From the sequence record NC_031245.1: a stretch of DNA of 64,000 nucleotides. One strand, written 5' to 3'. This document shows, piece by piece, positions 35,949 through 46,221 of the stretch. The position numbers and the translations under genes are program-made. The notes under the pieces are model-generated. The model was not told the DNA's origin. It did not search any database and saw only the letters and a program-made list of their open reading frames with translations. The stretch's first letter is position 1; every line of letters starts with the position of its first letter.

Positions 35949-38900
35949 ATGATTGATTCACAAATCGATCAGCTGTTTAATCTAGAACGTAAACAGCTTA
36001 ATCTATTAGGTGACGTTAGAGACGGAGTAGGATTAACTAACAGTTCTCTGGATCAAGTCTATTCTTCGATTACTACTGTAAGGGACTCTATTACTGGGAA
36101 TACAATCACCAGATCAGAAAGAGTTCTCCTAGGTAGTATTAGAGATGTTCGTAAGCTGTTGACTGAGTCCAACACTAACACTAATAGAATAGCTGAAGCT
36201 ATAGAACTAGGTTCTAGAAATGTAGCTACTGCTGAGACCACTCCTCCTGATACTGCTAGACACTTAGAGTCATTGACTCGATCTTCGGACGTAGCCAATG
36301 CACAACTAAGTGCTATTAACGAAGTAATGGATGGGATCAGGAATCAAGATCTTGTATCCTCCGCAATCGCTAATCGTTCTGTTCATAATGAATTTGACGA
36401 TACTCGACACTTACTAGAAGAATTGAATAATGGTGTAGGGGATCTGAACCGTGACCTAACTCACCAACTACGTGATACATCCCGTGATATACAAGCGAGC
36501 CTTAGTGGGAATAATGTCAGTGACATCCCTAGACCTCATGCTGATCACCTTCGTGATAATACTGGTCCTAGCCCTCGTCAGAATAATGGTGGTGACTTAG
36601 GTGATGGTCCAGATTATGATCGGTATAATGATAGGGACGATTATGAACCTCCAGGTACTATAGGAGAGATGCTCGGCATTGCAGGAATCCTCCGAGCGAT
36701 TAAAGGTTCAGTTCCAGTTATGATAGCTACTGCAATAGGTGGTTCTATTATTACTGCATTCAACGAATTAGACACTCTCACTGGTGAAGCTAGCTCCATA
36801 TTCATGGCTCCTCTCGGTAAGACTAGAGAAGAAGCATTTGGTATGTATCAGGATATTCTCGGTATGTCTCGTGATATTGCCAAACAAGTTAGCGATAATC
36901 CATTCTTAGGTTATAAGATATCAGTTGAGGAATGGGAAGAAGCAATGAACAAGGCAGTAGGTACTGGAGCTAAACTGCCTAGTGTAATCAAAGGTATGAC
37001 TGAAGTTCAAGCAATAAGTGCTAAGATTATGCCTGATGTAGATATGTCCCAGTACGATATGTTTAGTCGAGTCATTAAAGGTTACGATGATGGTGCTGAA
37101 CGAATGAAACAGATATCAGCTCTCACTAACCAATACAGTAAGAATATGTGGGTTAAACCTGAAGAGATTCTTGAAGTAACTGATGAATACAATTCATTCT
37201 TCAGAGCTATTAGCGGTAACTCAGCTGATTACGTACGTAACACTAATAATATGATGAAAGCTACTGCAGCATTGAAAGACTCTATGCTTGATGCAGGTAA
37301 GATGATCAATGAAGCGATGGATATGGCATTTACTCCACTAAGCGAAGTTGATACTAAAGAGTACACTAAGATGGCTATGTTAGGCATAGATACTATGCAG
37401 TACCGTCAATTATTACAGACAGGTCAGACTGACAAAGCTATGGAAATGTACACTAATGCAATTCAACAGAGATTCAGTAGATACAAGAATGCTGATGGAT
37501 CTTTCAATGTTAATGAGCAGTTCTTGCAAGAAGCTAGTCTAGCAGGACTAGATCCTAAGGAAGTCATGTCTATTGTTAGCGGTAACAAAGGTGATGAGGT
37601 ATCTGCTGCACTAGATAAAGCTAGTGGATTAGGTGATGGAATAGCTGCTAGTACTGATGCTGCTAATGATAGCTTAAATCAGAGTCTCAAGGATAATGTA
37701 TACGTATCTACAGGTGATCAGCTCCAAAATGCTGCAGGGACTGAGTTCCGTCTACTCCATCCACTTGAAAGTATTAATAATTGGATGGCTAGTCTTAATG
37801 AGAAGACTTTACCTCAATTACTTCTACCGATTGGTTTGGGTATTGCTGGACTAGTCGTAGCCTTTAAAGCATTTGGTAAAATTAAAGGCATGATGGGTGG
37901 ATTATCTGATCAATTCGGAGGAAGAGGAAGTGCTGGTAGACGAGGGGTTCTCGGTAAACTCGGAGATGCTATTTCAGGTGGCATGGGTAAATGCTGTTGC
38001 TGTATGGATGGTATCGGAGGACGAGGATTAGGAGCTCGTGGAGGTAGTGGTGCTGGAGGTATTGGATTAGGTGGAGCACTTGACGTAGCTAGTACAGTTG
38101 CAGACGTAGCTGATGGTCGTAAAGTCCCTACTCCTACTCCAGATGGAAGTGCTAAACCTGGTACTACTGGTGCTCCTAAACAAGGATTCTTCGCTAAGAT
38201 GAAAGGTGGAGCTACTAATCTAGTCGGCGACTTCAAAGGTGCACGTGGTAAAGGATTAGGAGTCTTCAGTTCTGCTCAATCAGCATTAGGTGCTGCTAAG
38301 GATAGAAGAGCCGTAGCTAAAATGGATGCTGGAGCTAATAATACTAAATTCCTTGATAAGATGAAAGGTGTTATGCAATCTGGTATCGATAAGACTAAAT
38401 CATTCTCTACCACTATGGTCGATAAGACTAAAGGATTAGTTGGTAAGGTATCTCCTAAGATGGCAATGGCAGGTGCAGGAACTACTGCTGCTACTGAAGC
38501 TATGGCTACTGCTGCTAGTAGTGCTGCAAGTAGTGCAGCTAGTGCTGGAGCAAGTGCTGGACTTAAAGGAGGATTAGCTAAGGCTGGATCAACATTTGGA
38601 AAGATAGCTAGTAAGGCAGCTATGCCACTTATGGTCGGTATGGAAGCTTATAATATCTATAAATCCGACGATAAAGTCAAAGCTACTGCTGAAGCTACTG
38701 GTGGAATTGGAGGAGCATTAGCTGGTGCTGCAATTGGTCAGGCTGCAATTCCTATTCCGATACTAGGTGCTGCAGTGGGAGGTATCGTAGGTTCTTTAGG
38801 AGGTAAGGCACTATTCGGTAAGGTAGTCGACTGGTTCCGTGGTGGTAAGAAGGAGGAGGACAAAGAAGCCAAACCTTCAGATCCAACTAAACCAGAGCTT

Positions 38901-39545
38901 ACTCCTGAACAACAAGCTAAGGCTAACTTCTATAACAATCCTACAATGGCAGGAGTTAACTCAGTTAATGCTGAAACTCAGCAAATATGGGAGAACGGAG
39001 TTACATCTGATTTAGGTTCAGCTCAAGTTGAAGCTAATGCACTAGGTTACGGTAGCGACTTGTATGCTTCTACTCAAGTCAATAGTGCTACTAGTGCAAT
39101 TGACCCTACACTGTCCTATAAAGCTTATGCCACTGGAGGAGTTATCGATAAACCTCACTTTGGATTAGTCGGTGAAGATGGTCCTGAGGTAATCATACCT
39201 TTATCTAATGACAAGCGTGAGAGAGCTTTAGGTCTATGGAACTATGCAGGTAGTCAAATTGGAACTAATCCAGCTAGCCCAATATTCGATGCTGAGGCTA
39301 AAGCAACTCAAGCACAATCCTCCGCTATTAGTAATGCTTCGACTACATCGGATAAGGTCGAAAGCAGTGAGATAGTTACATCTCTAGATACGTTGACTCA
39401 GATAGTATCTGCTAAGCTCGATAGATTGATTAAACTCGAAGAAAGTGCTACTAATCACAAGAAGAACGAGAATAAGAAACCTCATTCACCAGCTGAACCT
39501 GGAGTTCTATCTGCAGGTGCTCGTGACATCAGGAATTTCATATAG
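35949..39545 (+). CDS. Tape measure protein
   Basis: 1,198 aa, Ala/Gly-rich and helical, after the chaperone; YATGG...GLVGEDGPEVIIPL. Confidence 0.85.
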   Translation: MIDSQIDQLFNLERKQLNLLGDVRDGVGLTNSSLDQVYSSITTVRDSITGNTITRSERVLLGSIRDVRKLLTESNTNTNRIAEAIELGSRNVATAETTPPDTARHLESLTRSSDVANAQLSAINEVMDGIRNQDLVSSAIANRSVHNEFDDTRHLLEELNNGVGDLNRDLTHQLRDTSRDIQASLSGNNVSDIPRPHADHLRDNTGPSPRQNNGGDLGDGPDYDRYNDRDDYEPPGTIGEMLGIAGILRAIKGSVPVMIATAIGGSIITAFNELDTLTGEASSIFMAPLGKTREEAFGMYQDILGMSRDIAKQVSDNPFLGYKISVEEWEEAMNKAVGTGAKLPSVIKGMTEVQAISAKIMPDVDMSQYDMFSRVIKGYDDGAERMKQISALTNQYSKNMWVKPEEILEVTDEYNSFFRAISGNSADYVRNTNNMMKATAALKDSMLDAGKMINEAMDMAFTPLSEVDTKEYTKMAMLGIDTMQYRQLLQTGQTDKAMEMYTNAIQQRFSRYKNADGSFNVNEQFLQEASLAGLDPKEVMSIVSGNKGDEVSAALDKASGLGDGIAASTDAANDSLNQSLKDNVYVSTGDQLQNAAGTEFRLLHPLESINNWMASLNEKTLPQLLLPIGLGIAGLVVAFKAFGKIKGMMGGLSDQFGGRGSAGRRGVLGKLGDAISGGMGKCCCCMDGIGGRGLGARGGSGAGGIGLGGALDVASTVADVADGRKVPTPTPDGSAKPGTTGAPKQGFFAKMKGGATNLVGDFKGARGKGLGVFSSAQSALGAAKDRRAVAKMDAGANNTKFLDKMKGVMQSGIDKTKSFSTTMVDKTKGLVGKVSPKMAMAGAGTTAATEAMATAASSAASSAASAGASAGLKGGLAKAGSTFGKIASKAAMPLMVGMEAYNIYKSDDKVKATAEATGGIGGALAGAAIGQAAIPIPILGAAVGGIVGSLGGKALFGKVVDWFRGGKKEEDKEAKPSDPTKPELTPEQQAKANFYNNPTMAGVNSVNAETQQIWENGVTSDLGSAQVEANALGYGSDLYASTQVNSATSAIDPTLSYKAYATGGVIDKPHFGLVGEDGPEVIIPLSNDKRERALGLWNYAGSQIGTNPASPIFDAEAKATQAQSSAISNASTTSDKVESSEIVTSLDTLTQIVSAKLDRLIKLEESATNHKKNENKKPHSPAEPGVLSAGARDIRNFI

Positions 39546-39558
39546 GAGGTAATCGTTA

Positions 39559-40065
39559 ATGCAGAATACTAATTTAATTATTCTTGCCAATTTAGCATTC
39601 GCTCCTCCTCAAACAATTAAGTTTCATGGTATCATACCTGAAGAGTTCAATGAGAGTCACTCCACTAACTTTGAACAAGTACAGATTCAGAGCCGAAGTA
39701 GTGCGTTAGCGTCCTACGGAGGTTCTAACTCTCGTACTGCTAACATACAGTTTGATATCCATGAGGATTACTTAGGCGAATACGTAGGAACGAAGGATAT
39801 TACTGAATTTGTTGCTAAGTTGAAAGCCTTGACTTATCCACGTTATGAAAATGGAGTAGTAATTCCTCCAAGGTGCTACCTTAAAATAGGATCAATGTTT
39901 AGAATTAAAGGTTATCCTGAAAGTGTAGATATCAACTGGAGAAAACCTGTTAGAGATGGACGAATGATTAGTGCTACTGTCACTATAAACTTCGTTGAAT
40001 ATGTAAGCTTATCTTGGTCAGCAGATCAAATCGCATCAGGTGCTGATTTAGGGAGGTCGTTCTAA
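39559..40065 (+). CDS. Baseplate tube-initiator-like protein
   Basis: LKALTYP.Y...PP...KIG...G...SVDINW...ATVTINF.E; position after the tape measure. Confidence 0.65.
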   Translation: MQNTNLIILANLAFAPPQTIKFHGIIPEEFNESHSTNFEQVQIQSRSSALASYGGSNSRTANIQFDIHEDYLGEYVGTKDITEFVAKLKALTYPRYENGVVIPPRCYLKIGSMFRIKGYPESVDINWRKPVRDGRMISATVTINFVEYVSLSWSADQIASGADLGRSF

Positions 40066-40433
40066 TGATAAGATTGTCAGCTTACTCAACTGGAGCTACA
40101 TCCAAATTAGTAGAGAACCTGAACTTCTATCAGGATGATTCGAGGTATAGGAAATTAAAGGTCTATATTGATGATCAAGCGAGATACTATCATGACTTAC
40201 CTATACCTCCTCATAATTTCCCAGCCACTGAGGACGATACTTATTATAAGGTTGAGACTCAGACTGCTGATAGGTTAGACTATGTATCCCATGTAGTCTA
40301 TCGCAATTCTAAGTTATGGTGGGTCGCTGCAATGGCTAATGACATTGAAGATCCTGATAATGTACCTATAGGTACAGTACTTAATATTCCAGCACAATCT
40401 TCTTTATATGGACATGGAGGTGCGTTATCGTGA
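40065..40433 (+). CDS. LysM/gp53-like baseplate protein
   Basis: DRLDYVSHVVYRNSKLWWVAAMAN.I.DP. Confidence 0.8.
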   Translation: MIRLSAYSTGATSKLVENLNFYQDDSRYRKLKVYIDDQARYYHDLPIPPHNFPATEDDTYYKVETQTADRLDYVSHVVYRNSKLWWVAAMANDIEDPDNVPIGTVLNIPAQSSLYGHGGALS

Positions 40434-41578
40434 GTGGAGGAGTATCTTTCTTTGATGGACTAACGGCTAGGAGTCCTTATATGGTAGTAAAGATTGGAGC
40501 CAAGATATATAACCTAACTCACCCTAACTTTCTTCAGTCATTCCAATTCACCCGTAGAAGCGAATCTATGGGTGAATATCAGTTAGTAATGACTGATTTA
40601 CAGGACTTGGACTTAGAAGCTAAGTTAATCGATGCTATTCAGAATCCTAACCTCAATCCAGTATCTCTTCAGTACGGATGGGGAATGGCTCCTGGTGAGA
40701 AGTCATCTTGGTACAAAGGAATACTTATAAGTTACAATGCTCAATTCCTACCTAACCTAGGACTTACTCTTACATTGAGAGGTATAGTCAACGAGTCATT
40801 TGGATTACCTCAGACTAAAACGTATCGAGGTAATAGTGTATCAGAGATCATAGCTCAGGTCTGTGCTGACGAAGGGTGGACTATTAAGAAATTGGATGAT
40901 ACTGAACCATTTGATGAGGAGAGAGAATTCCATCAACAGAATCAGACGTCAATTGAGTTCATCAGACAGACATTAGTACCTGAGGCTAACAAAGGAGAAT
41001 TCCCAGTCAGATTCTTCCATACAACTACTGCTGCTGATGGAATGATCTGTTGGTTCGTAAAAACTGACCCTCAGAATCCTACAGTTACTCGTAAAGAATT
41101 TAACTTTATGATTAATGCTGGTAACTTCGGCAATGTAATCAGTTTTTCTCCTAACTATGAAGGTGCTCAATTAGCAGCACTCAATACCCAAATAGGCTTT
41201 GTAGACAGAGAGACTAACGATATGATAGTATATCAGAATCAGGCTAGTAACATAGCTGGAGCTGACAAATTATTGCCTCGTAACATACCGTTCGGATCAA
41301 CTACACCAGATATGATGAGTTCCATACTTCAGAATAACTGGTTTGGTCAGAATATCGGAGGGTATGATGCTACCCTAGAGATTGTTGGTGACCCTAAGGT
41401 TAATCCTTTAGAATACATTAATATAATACCAGTAAGACCTGACGGTAGGGTGCATCATACAGGAGGTATCTATCAAGTTATGGAAGTTGTAGATAATATA
41501 CAAGGTAGCTACAAGACTACTCTCCAATGTGTCAAGATGCCTGGAATGACATACGATATTACTAAGACTTTAGTGTAG
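40430..41578 (+). CDS. Baseplate hub protein (gp27-like)
   Basis: LQYGW, YRGNSVSEII..VC...GW, LEIVGDP, G.Y.V..V.D.I.G.Y.T. Confidence 0.7.
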   Translation: MSGGVSFFDGLTARSPYMVVKIGAKIYNLTHPNFLQSFQFTRRSESMGEYQLVMTDLQDLDLEAKLIDAIQNPNLNPVSLQYGWGMAPGEKSSWYKGILISYNAQFLPNLGLTLTLRGIVNESFGLPQTKTYRGNSVSEIIAQVCADEGWTIKKLDDTEPFDEEREFHQQNQTSIEFIRQTLVPEANKGEFPVRFFHTTTAADGMICWFVKTDPQNPTVTRKEFNFMINAGNFGNVISFSPNYEGAQLAALNTQIGFVDRETNDMIVYQNQASNIAGADKLLPRNIPFGSTTPDMMSSILQNNWFGQNIGGYDATLEIVGDPKVNPLEYINIIPVRPDGRVHHTGGIYQVMEVVDNIQGSYKTTLQCVKMPGMTYDITKTLV

Positions 41579-41591
41579 AGGAGGAATTTTA

Positions 41592-42866
41592 ATGTTACGT
41601 AGAGGTCGAGTTGAGTTTAATAAAGATCCTAAACAATTAGGTCGAGTCAAAGTTAGGATCCCTTCTATACATGGAGTCAATGATCAAATGAGAGCTACTT
41701 ATTTAAAGTATGAAGATCTACCGTGGGTATCTCCATGTATACCAGGTATCGCAGGTGAGGATTTCGGCACGTTCGTAATACCTCCAGTCGGTACGTGGGT
41801 GTGGATAATGTATGAGGACGATAATCCTCAGCGTCCTGTCTACATAGGTAGTGTCTTCGGAAAAGGATTCACTAATCCACAAACCATGATGGCATACGAT
41901 GGGGATGGACGTGAGTGGCAGACTGAACCTGGACGTAATCAAAGACCAGACGACGTCTTTGACGGTAAAACAGATGACGCTCCAGATAGGGGAGTTATTT
42001 TCAAGTCACCTAAAGGTCATACCGTAATGTATGATGATACGACTGGTGAGGAATCTTTTACTATTCTTGATAGAGCAGGACAATTCATGAAGTTTTCATC
42101 TCCAGTCCCTACAAATACTCCTCGTAGGGGTTTAAGTACTGCTGAGAAGGATGAACAACTAGACGAGTCACCTGAAGCTTACGTACATATGCAATCGGGT
42201 AAGAAAGTATCAGGTAAGGTTAAGACATGGATGAAGTTCAAAGATGAGAACATGCATATTCATACTAAACATGATGACGAAAAAGATACATGGATTGATA
42301 TCGTAGCTGACGAAATGCTACTCAAGACTCAGATACCTGACAAGGACTCATTCGTTAATCTTAAGCCTGAGAAAGCAATTATGAAAGTGGAGGAACCTGA
42401 GAAGCACTCTTTCGTGGAGATGACTACAGATTATGCGGAAATGAGGACTCAGCATCCTGAAAAGACTTCATGGATTAAGTCAACTGCAGAGGATTTGACC
42501 ATTAAAACTGAAATACCTGATAAGAATTCGAATATCCATATGACTCCTGAGAAACTCGATATTAAGGTAATCCACCCCAATGTAACTTCTTGGGTTGAAA
42601 TGCTGTCAGATAAAATAACTCTACAAATCATCGATAACAGTGGAACTAAGTCAGTAATCAAGTTAGTCAATGGTAAGGTGGAAATGTGGAGTGAAGATAG
42701 TGCTGGGAATAAGTCTTCTATCGGAGTTACCCCTGAAGGAGTTATAAGTGACGGTAACGGAAGTAATATGAAGATGGATAAGAACGATGTACTTATCAAT
42801 TCAGGTGAAGGTGTAATCCACTTCAATCCTGATAAACCTGATAATCCTGACAATCAAGCTAAGTAG
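41592..42866 (+). CDS. Central spike (gp5/VgrG-like OB-fold plus beta repeats)
   Basis: DPKQLGRVKVRIP, LPWVSP, IPPVGTWVWIMYEDDNPQRPVYIG; 20-aa repeats in the C-terminal part. Confidence 0.85.
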   Translation: MLRRGRVEFNKDPKQLGRVKVRIPSIHGVNDQMRATYLKYEDLPWVSPCIPGIAGEDFGTFVIPPVGTWVWIMYEDDNPQRPVYIGSVFGKGFTNPQTMMAYDGDGREWQTEPGRNQRPDDVFDGKTDDAPDRGVIFKSPKGHTVMYDDTTGEESFTILDRAGQFMKFSSPVPTNTPRRGLSTAEKDEQLDESPEAYVHMQSGKKVSGKVKTWMKFKDENMHIHTKHDDEKDTWIDIVADEMLLKTQIPDKDSFVNLKPEKAIMKVEEPEKHSFVEMTTDYAEMRTQHPEKTSWIKSTAEDLTIKTEIPDKNSNIHMTPEKLDIKVIHPNVTSWVEMLSDKITLQIIDNSGTKSVIKLVNGKVEMWSEDSAGNKSSIGVTPEGVISDGNGSNMKMDKNDVLINSGEGVIHFNPDKPDNPDNQAK

Positions 42867-42874
42867 GTGATAAT

Positions 42875-43579
42875 ATGAGTTACGATCCTAATGACATAGT
42901 CCTTATAGATGGTAAAAGAGGAGCAGTACGTTGGAAAGATAAATGTACTGGACATGATGACTTCCAACCTCGTGGATGTGTAGAGGTAAGTCCTAATGTC
43001 CTTATCAATGGGAGAGGTGCTAATAGATTAGGGGATAAATGGAAGATGCACTATTCAGTAATCCTCTTAAATGAAGGGGATACACCTGATCCATACAATC
43101 CAGGTGATACTGACTATCCACCTGAAGGTAATGGTAGAGTTATAACAGATGACGATCCAGAATATCCTGGACCACCATTAAACGTAGGAGATCCAGGTTA
43201 TCCGCCTGATCTACCTCCTGATCCTGGACCACCTCCTCCTGCTCCACCTGAACCTACTCCACCTCCAGAAGATGCTACTCCAGCAGAACTGGAAGCTTAT
43301 AAGAAAGCAATGGAGAGGTATCAAAAGGAGTTAGCTGACTATCAAAAAGGTCCACTAGCTGAGTGGCAGAAAGAGGCATCAAAAGGTCCACCATATGATG
43401 GTGATACAATATATCCAAGTATGAAGGAATATCCAGACTTAGGTGACTCTCACGATAGTGTATCCGCATCAGGCAGTGCTAACGTGTTCGTTAACGGCTT
43501 ACCCTTGTGTCGAGTAGGAGACGAAATCGAATGCGGTAGTCGTGTCAAGTTCGGCTCTAGAAATGTATTTGTAAACTAG
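42875..43579 (+). CDS. PAAR spike-tip protein with a large Pro-rich insertion
   Basis: CTGHDDF, SPNVLINGRGANRLGD...H, then H...GSANVFVNGLPLCRVGD..ECG...GSRNVFVN. Confidence 0.85.
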   Translation: MSYDPNDIVLIDGKRGAVRWKDKCTGHDDFQPRGCVEVSPNVLINGRGANRLGDKWKMHYSVILLNEGDTPDPYNPGDTDYPPEGNGRVITDDDPEYPGPPLNVGDPGYPPDLPPDPGPPPPAPPEPTPPPEDATPAELEAYKKAMERYQKELADYQKGPLAEWQKEASKGPPYDGDTIYPSMKEYPDLGDSHDSVSASGSANVFVNGLPLCRVGDEIECGSRVKFGSRNVFVN

Positions 43580-43600
43580 TAAATAAGTGAGGTGAGGTAC

Positions 43601-44020
43601 ATGAGAGAACTCGATGAGTTGCAATTGCGTAATATAGGAAAGGGACTGGATCTGACTAGTCTATTTTCAACGATTACAGGTAAGGTCAATTACAATCAAG
43701 GATTTGATCGTATTAACCAGAGTCTGTTCATCATATTCGGTACTCTATTCAGCGAAGCTCCGATGTTACCAATTCTAGGTTCTAACCTAAGTCATCTCTT
43801 ATTCGAGCCATCTGATGATATTCTTGAAGAATTAGTCGAGTTGTACCTCAGAGAAGCTATTGAGAATCTTGAGCCTCGAATCGCTGTTAGTCGTATCGTA
43901 GTTAATACGGATGACCACTATGTGTACATTACAGTTGAATACATTTTGACTAATGCAAACATAGCAGGTCAATTCGATTACAGATTAACACGTCAGACTA
44001 GAGGTGATTATATTGAGTAG
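43601..44020 (+). CDS. Baseplate wedge protein (gp25-like)
   Basis: RINQSL..I..T, P..GSNL..LLFEP, EAIENLEPRI. Confidence 0.88.
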   Translation: MRELDELQLRNIGKGLDLTSLFSTITGKVNYNQGFDRINQSLFIIFGTLFSEAPMLPILGSNLSHLLFEPSDDILEELVELYLREAIENLEPRIAVSRIVVNTDDHYVYITVEYILTNANIAGQFDYRLTRQTRGDYIE

Positions 44021-45443
44021 TATAGCATGTTCCAAATCCTCAATTCTCGATAGTAAAGTACTTCTCTGCCGTGACTGGTCGTCCATCATGGAGTGGTCGG
44101 TCAATAAGATACCTAAGATCACTCAGGAGTGGACTGACTTCACTATTACTGATGCGGGTATCCTATGGGTCAATGCAATGTCCTACCTCTATGACCATAC
44201 TCACTATATGTTAGATAGAAAGTATATCAACAATATCTCTCGATATAGTAAGTCGATTAGAAATCTAATCGATATGTGTAATCTGATGGGGATGGACGTT
44301 AGTGGTCGTACAGCTTCACTAACTGAATTATTGGTGGATCTTGATAGTAATATGAATGTTCCATTAGCTAAAGGTACTCAGCTTGAGGTCTATGATGAGA
44401 ATTCAGGTAGATCAATTTACTTGAATACAATCAAAGATTATGAATTGGCTAGAGGTCCATATAACAGGATTCTATGTATTGAAGGAGTACCTCAGTCTCT
44501 CAAGTTAAGTATGGCTAATTTTGATGATAAGAATAGGTTCTACTTGACTGAGCCTACTATAGCTCTTAACTCAATAGAAATCAAGTTTGAGGACGACTGG
44601 TGGGAGAAAGACTCTGATGCATTCCTTAGTACATTAGAAGATCCAAGTTACAGTGTACATAGATCTTCTGATGGTAGAATAATGTTAAAAATATCACCTA
44701 AGGCTAGATTAACTGTAGGTACAGGCACGATTGAAGTGCATTATACTTTATCGGAAGCTAGTCAAGGTAACTTAAGTAAAAGTTCTAATGTAACTTTTAT
44801 GAAGAAACAGAGAGATGTTACTGGTAAAGTAATTGATAACAGTAGCATTAAGGTATCGGTCATAAGTAGTGGTGGAGGAGCAGAACCTGCTGGATTAGAA
44901 GATATCCGTAAGTTCCTCGGCGAGCAATCTAACGCTACAGAGACTCTAGTAAATGATACTGATTATGCCAATATACCTAAATATGTATCCAATCTTTATC
45001 ACGTAACAGCTCGTTCAGTGAATGGTCAGATGGAGGTCTATTACGAGCCTGATGAGAATTATCCTAACGTACAAGAAGTTGAGTCTAATCTCTATAAGTA
45101 CGTCGAAAAGCGAGTACCTTTATTCACTAAGTTCAATATAAATCGTATTAAAGTACGACCATTTACACTAAGGTTAGAGGTATATCTCAATCGAAATGAA
45201 ATCCGTACAGATTATATTGAAGATGAGATTAGATCTTACCTCAGTAAGGAGTACGCTAAGAAGAATCAACCTCCTGGATCAACTCTAATCAGGTCTCAAT
45301 TAGCTACACGTCTAGCAGCATTAAGTCCAGTTATAAGTCACATTATGATACCTGAGCCAATTATCGATATCGAGTGTGATTGGAACCAAATGTTTGATCT
45401 TTCCTATATTATAATAAACTTCCAGAAAGTAGTGACGAGGTGA
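44013..45443 (+). CDS. Baseplate wedge protein (gp6/J-like)
   Basis: WTDFTITDAG, SGGGAEPAGLEDIR, TLVNDTDY; GAGGTG RBS before TTG 44013. Confidence 0.75.
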   Translation: MSSIACSKSSILDSKVLLCRDWSSIMEWSVNKIPKITQEWTDFTITDAGILWVNAMSYLYDHTHYMLDRKYINNISRYSKSIRNLIDMCNLMGMDVSGRTASLTELLVDLDSNMNVPLAKGTQLEVYDENSGRSIYLNTIKDYELARGPYNRILCIEGVPQSLKLSMANFDDKNRFYLTEPTIALNSIEIKFEDDWWEKDSDAFLSTLEDPSYSVHRSSDGRIMLKISPKARLTVGTGTIEVHYTLSEASQGNLSKSSNVTFMKKQRDVTGKVIDNSSIKVSVISSGGGAEPAGLEDIRKFLGEQSNATETLVNDTDYANIPKYVSNLYHVTARSVNGQMEVYYEPDENYPNVQEVESNLYKYVEKRVPLFTKFNINRIKVRPFTLRLEVYLNRNEIRTDYIEDEIRSYLSKEYAKKNQPPGSTLIRSQLATRLAALSPVISHIMIPEPIIDIECDWNQMFDLSYIIINFQKVVTR

Positions 45444-45449
45444 TGAGCG

Positions 45450-46202
45450 GTGGCTAATGAAATTAGAAATGAAGAATACTATTTTGAATTGGCTAAGCGT
45501 GCAGTCCCTGATGTACTTTCTAGAGATCCTAAATATCAGATCATACTTAAACTCTTAGCTTATGCTCTATATCGAGACCGTGAGCTAATAAGTGCACTGG
45601 ATTATGCGTATAATGCTGACCTAGCTGATAGTGAATTGTTAACTAAGATTGCGGATACTCTGGCAATTGACTATCCTCTAGCTTTTGATGAGGGTAGGTT
45701 AAGATTGCTCCTGAAGTACTATAATAAAATACGGAGGAATCGAGGGTCACTTGATTCAATAAAACAGTTAATACGCATACTTGAAACTACGGAAGAGGAT
45801 ATAGCACTTAACAGAGTAGCTGAATATCTAGACTTAACTGTAGAGGAGATACGAGAGGGCAGTATTATTATCGAGTACGATGGAATCACTGACTTTGAAT
45901 TCGTACATAGTATGCTAAGGACAGTAAGACCTGCTGGATATGAGGTTCACCTAGCTAATAAGGATGGTCCAGTCAAGTATAAGTACGATAGTGGTGTCGC
46001 TGAGGATACCGTTAATGTTAAGTCGTGGAGAGCTTATACAGACTCTGGTACTCTTAGTTCTGAGAAAGTTAACATCGTTAAAGGTCTACGTAAAGATTCA
46101 GCTAGAGTATACGAGAGATTGACACTCAAAGTAGATAAAGTCGGTAAGTCTGGTAAAGATTCAGTTGCATCTTCAGATTCGATGACTTTAGAGAAATCAT
46201 AG
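45450..46202 (+). CDS. Baseplate wedge protein (P2 gpI/gp7-like)
   Basis: LTKIADTL, RNRGSLDSIK, LRTVRPAG; acidic repeats at the C-terminus. Confidence 0.7.
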   Translation: MANEIRNEEYYFELAKRAVPDVLSRDPKYQIILKLLAYALYRDRELISALDYAYNADLADSELLTKIADTLAIDYPLAFDEGRLRLLLKYYNKIRRNRGSLDSIKQLIRILETTEEDIALNRVAEYLDLTVEEIREGSIIIEYDGITDFEFVHSMLRTVRPAGYEVHLANKDGPVKYKYDSGVAEDTVNVKSWRAYTDSGTLSSEKVNIVKGLRKDSARVYERLTLKVDKVGKSGKDSVASSDSMTLEKS

Positions 46203-46221
46203 GTAAGGTAGGTGAAATTAA

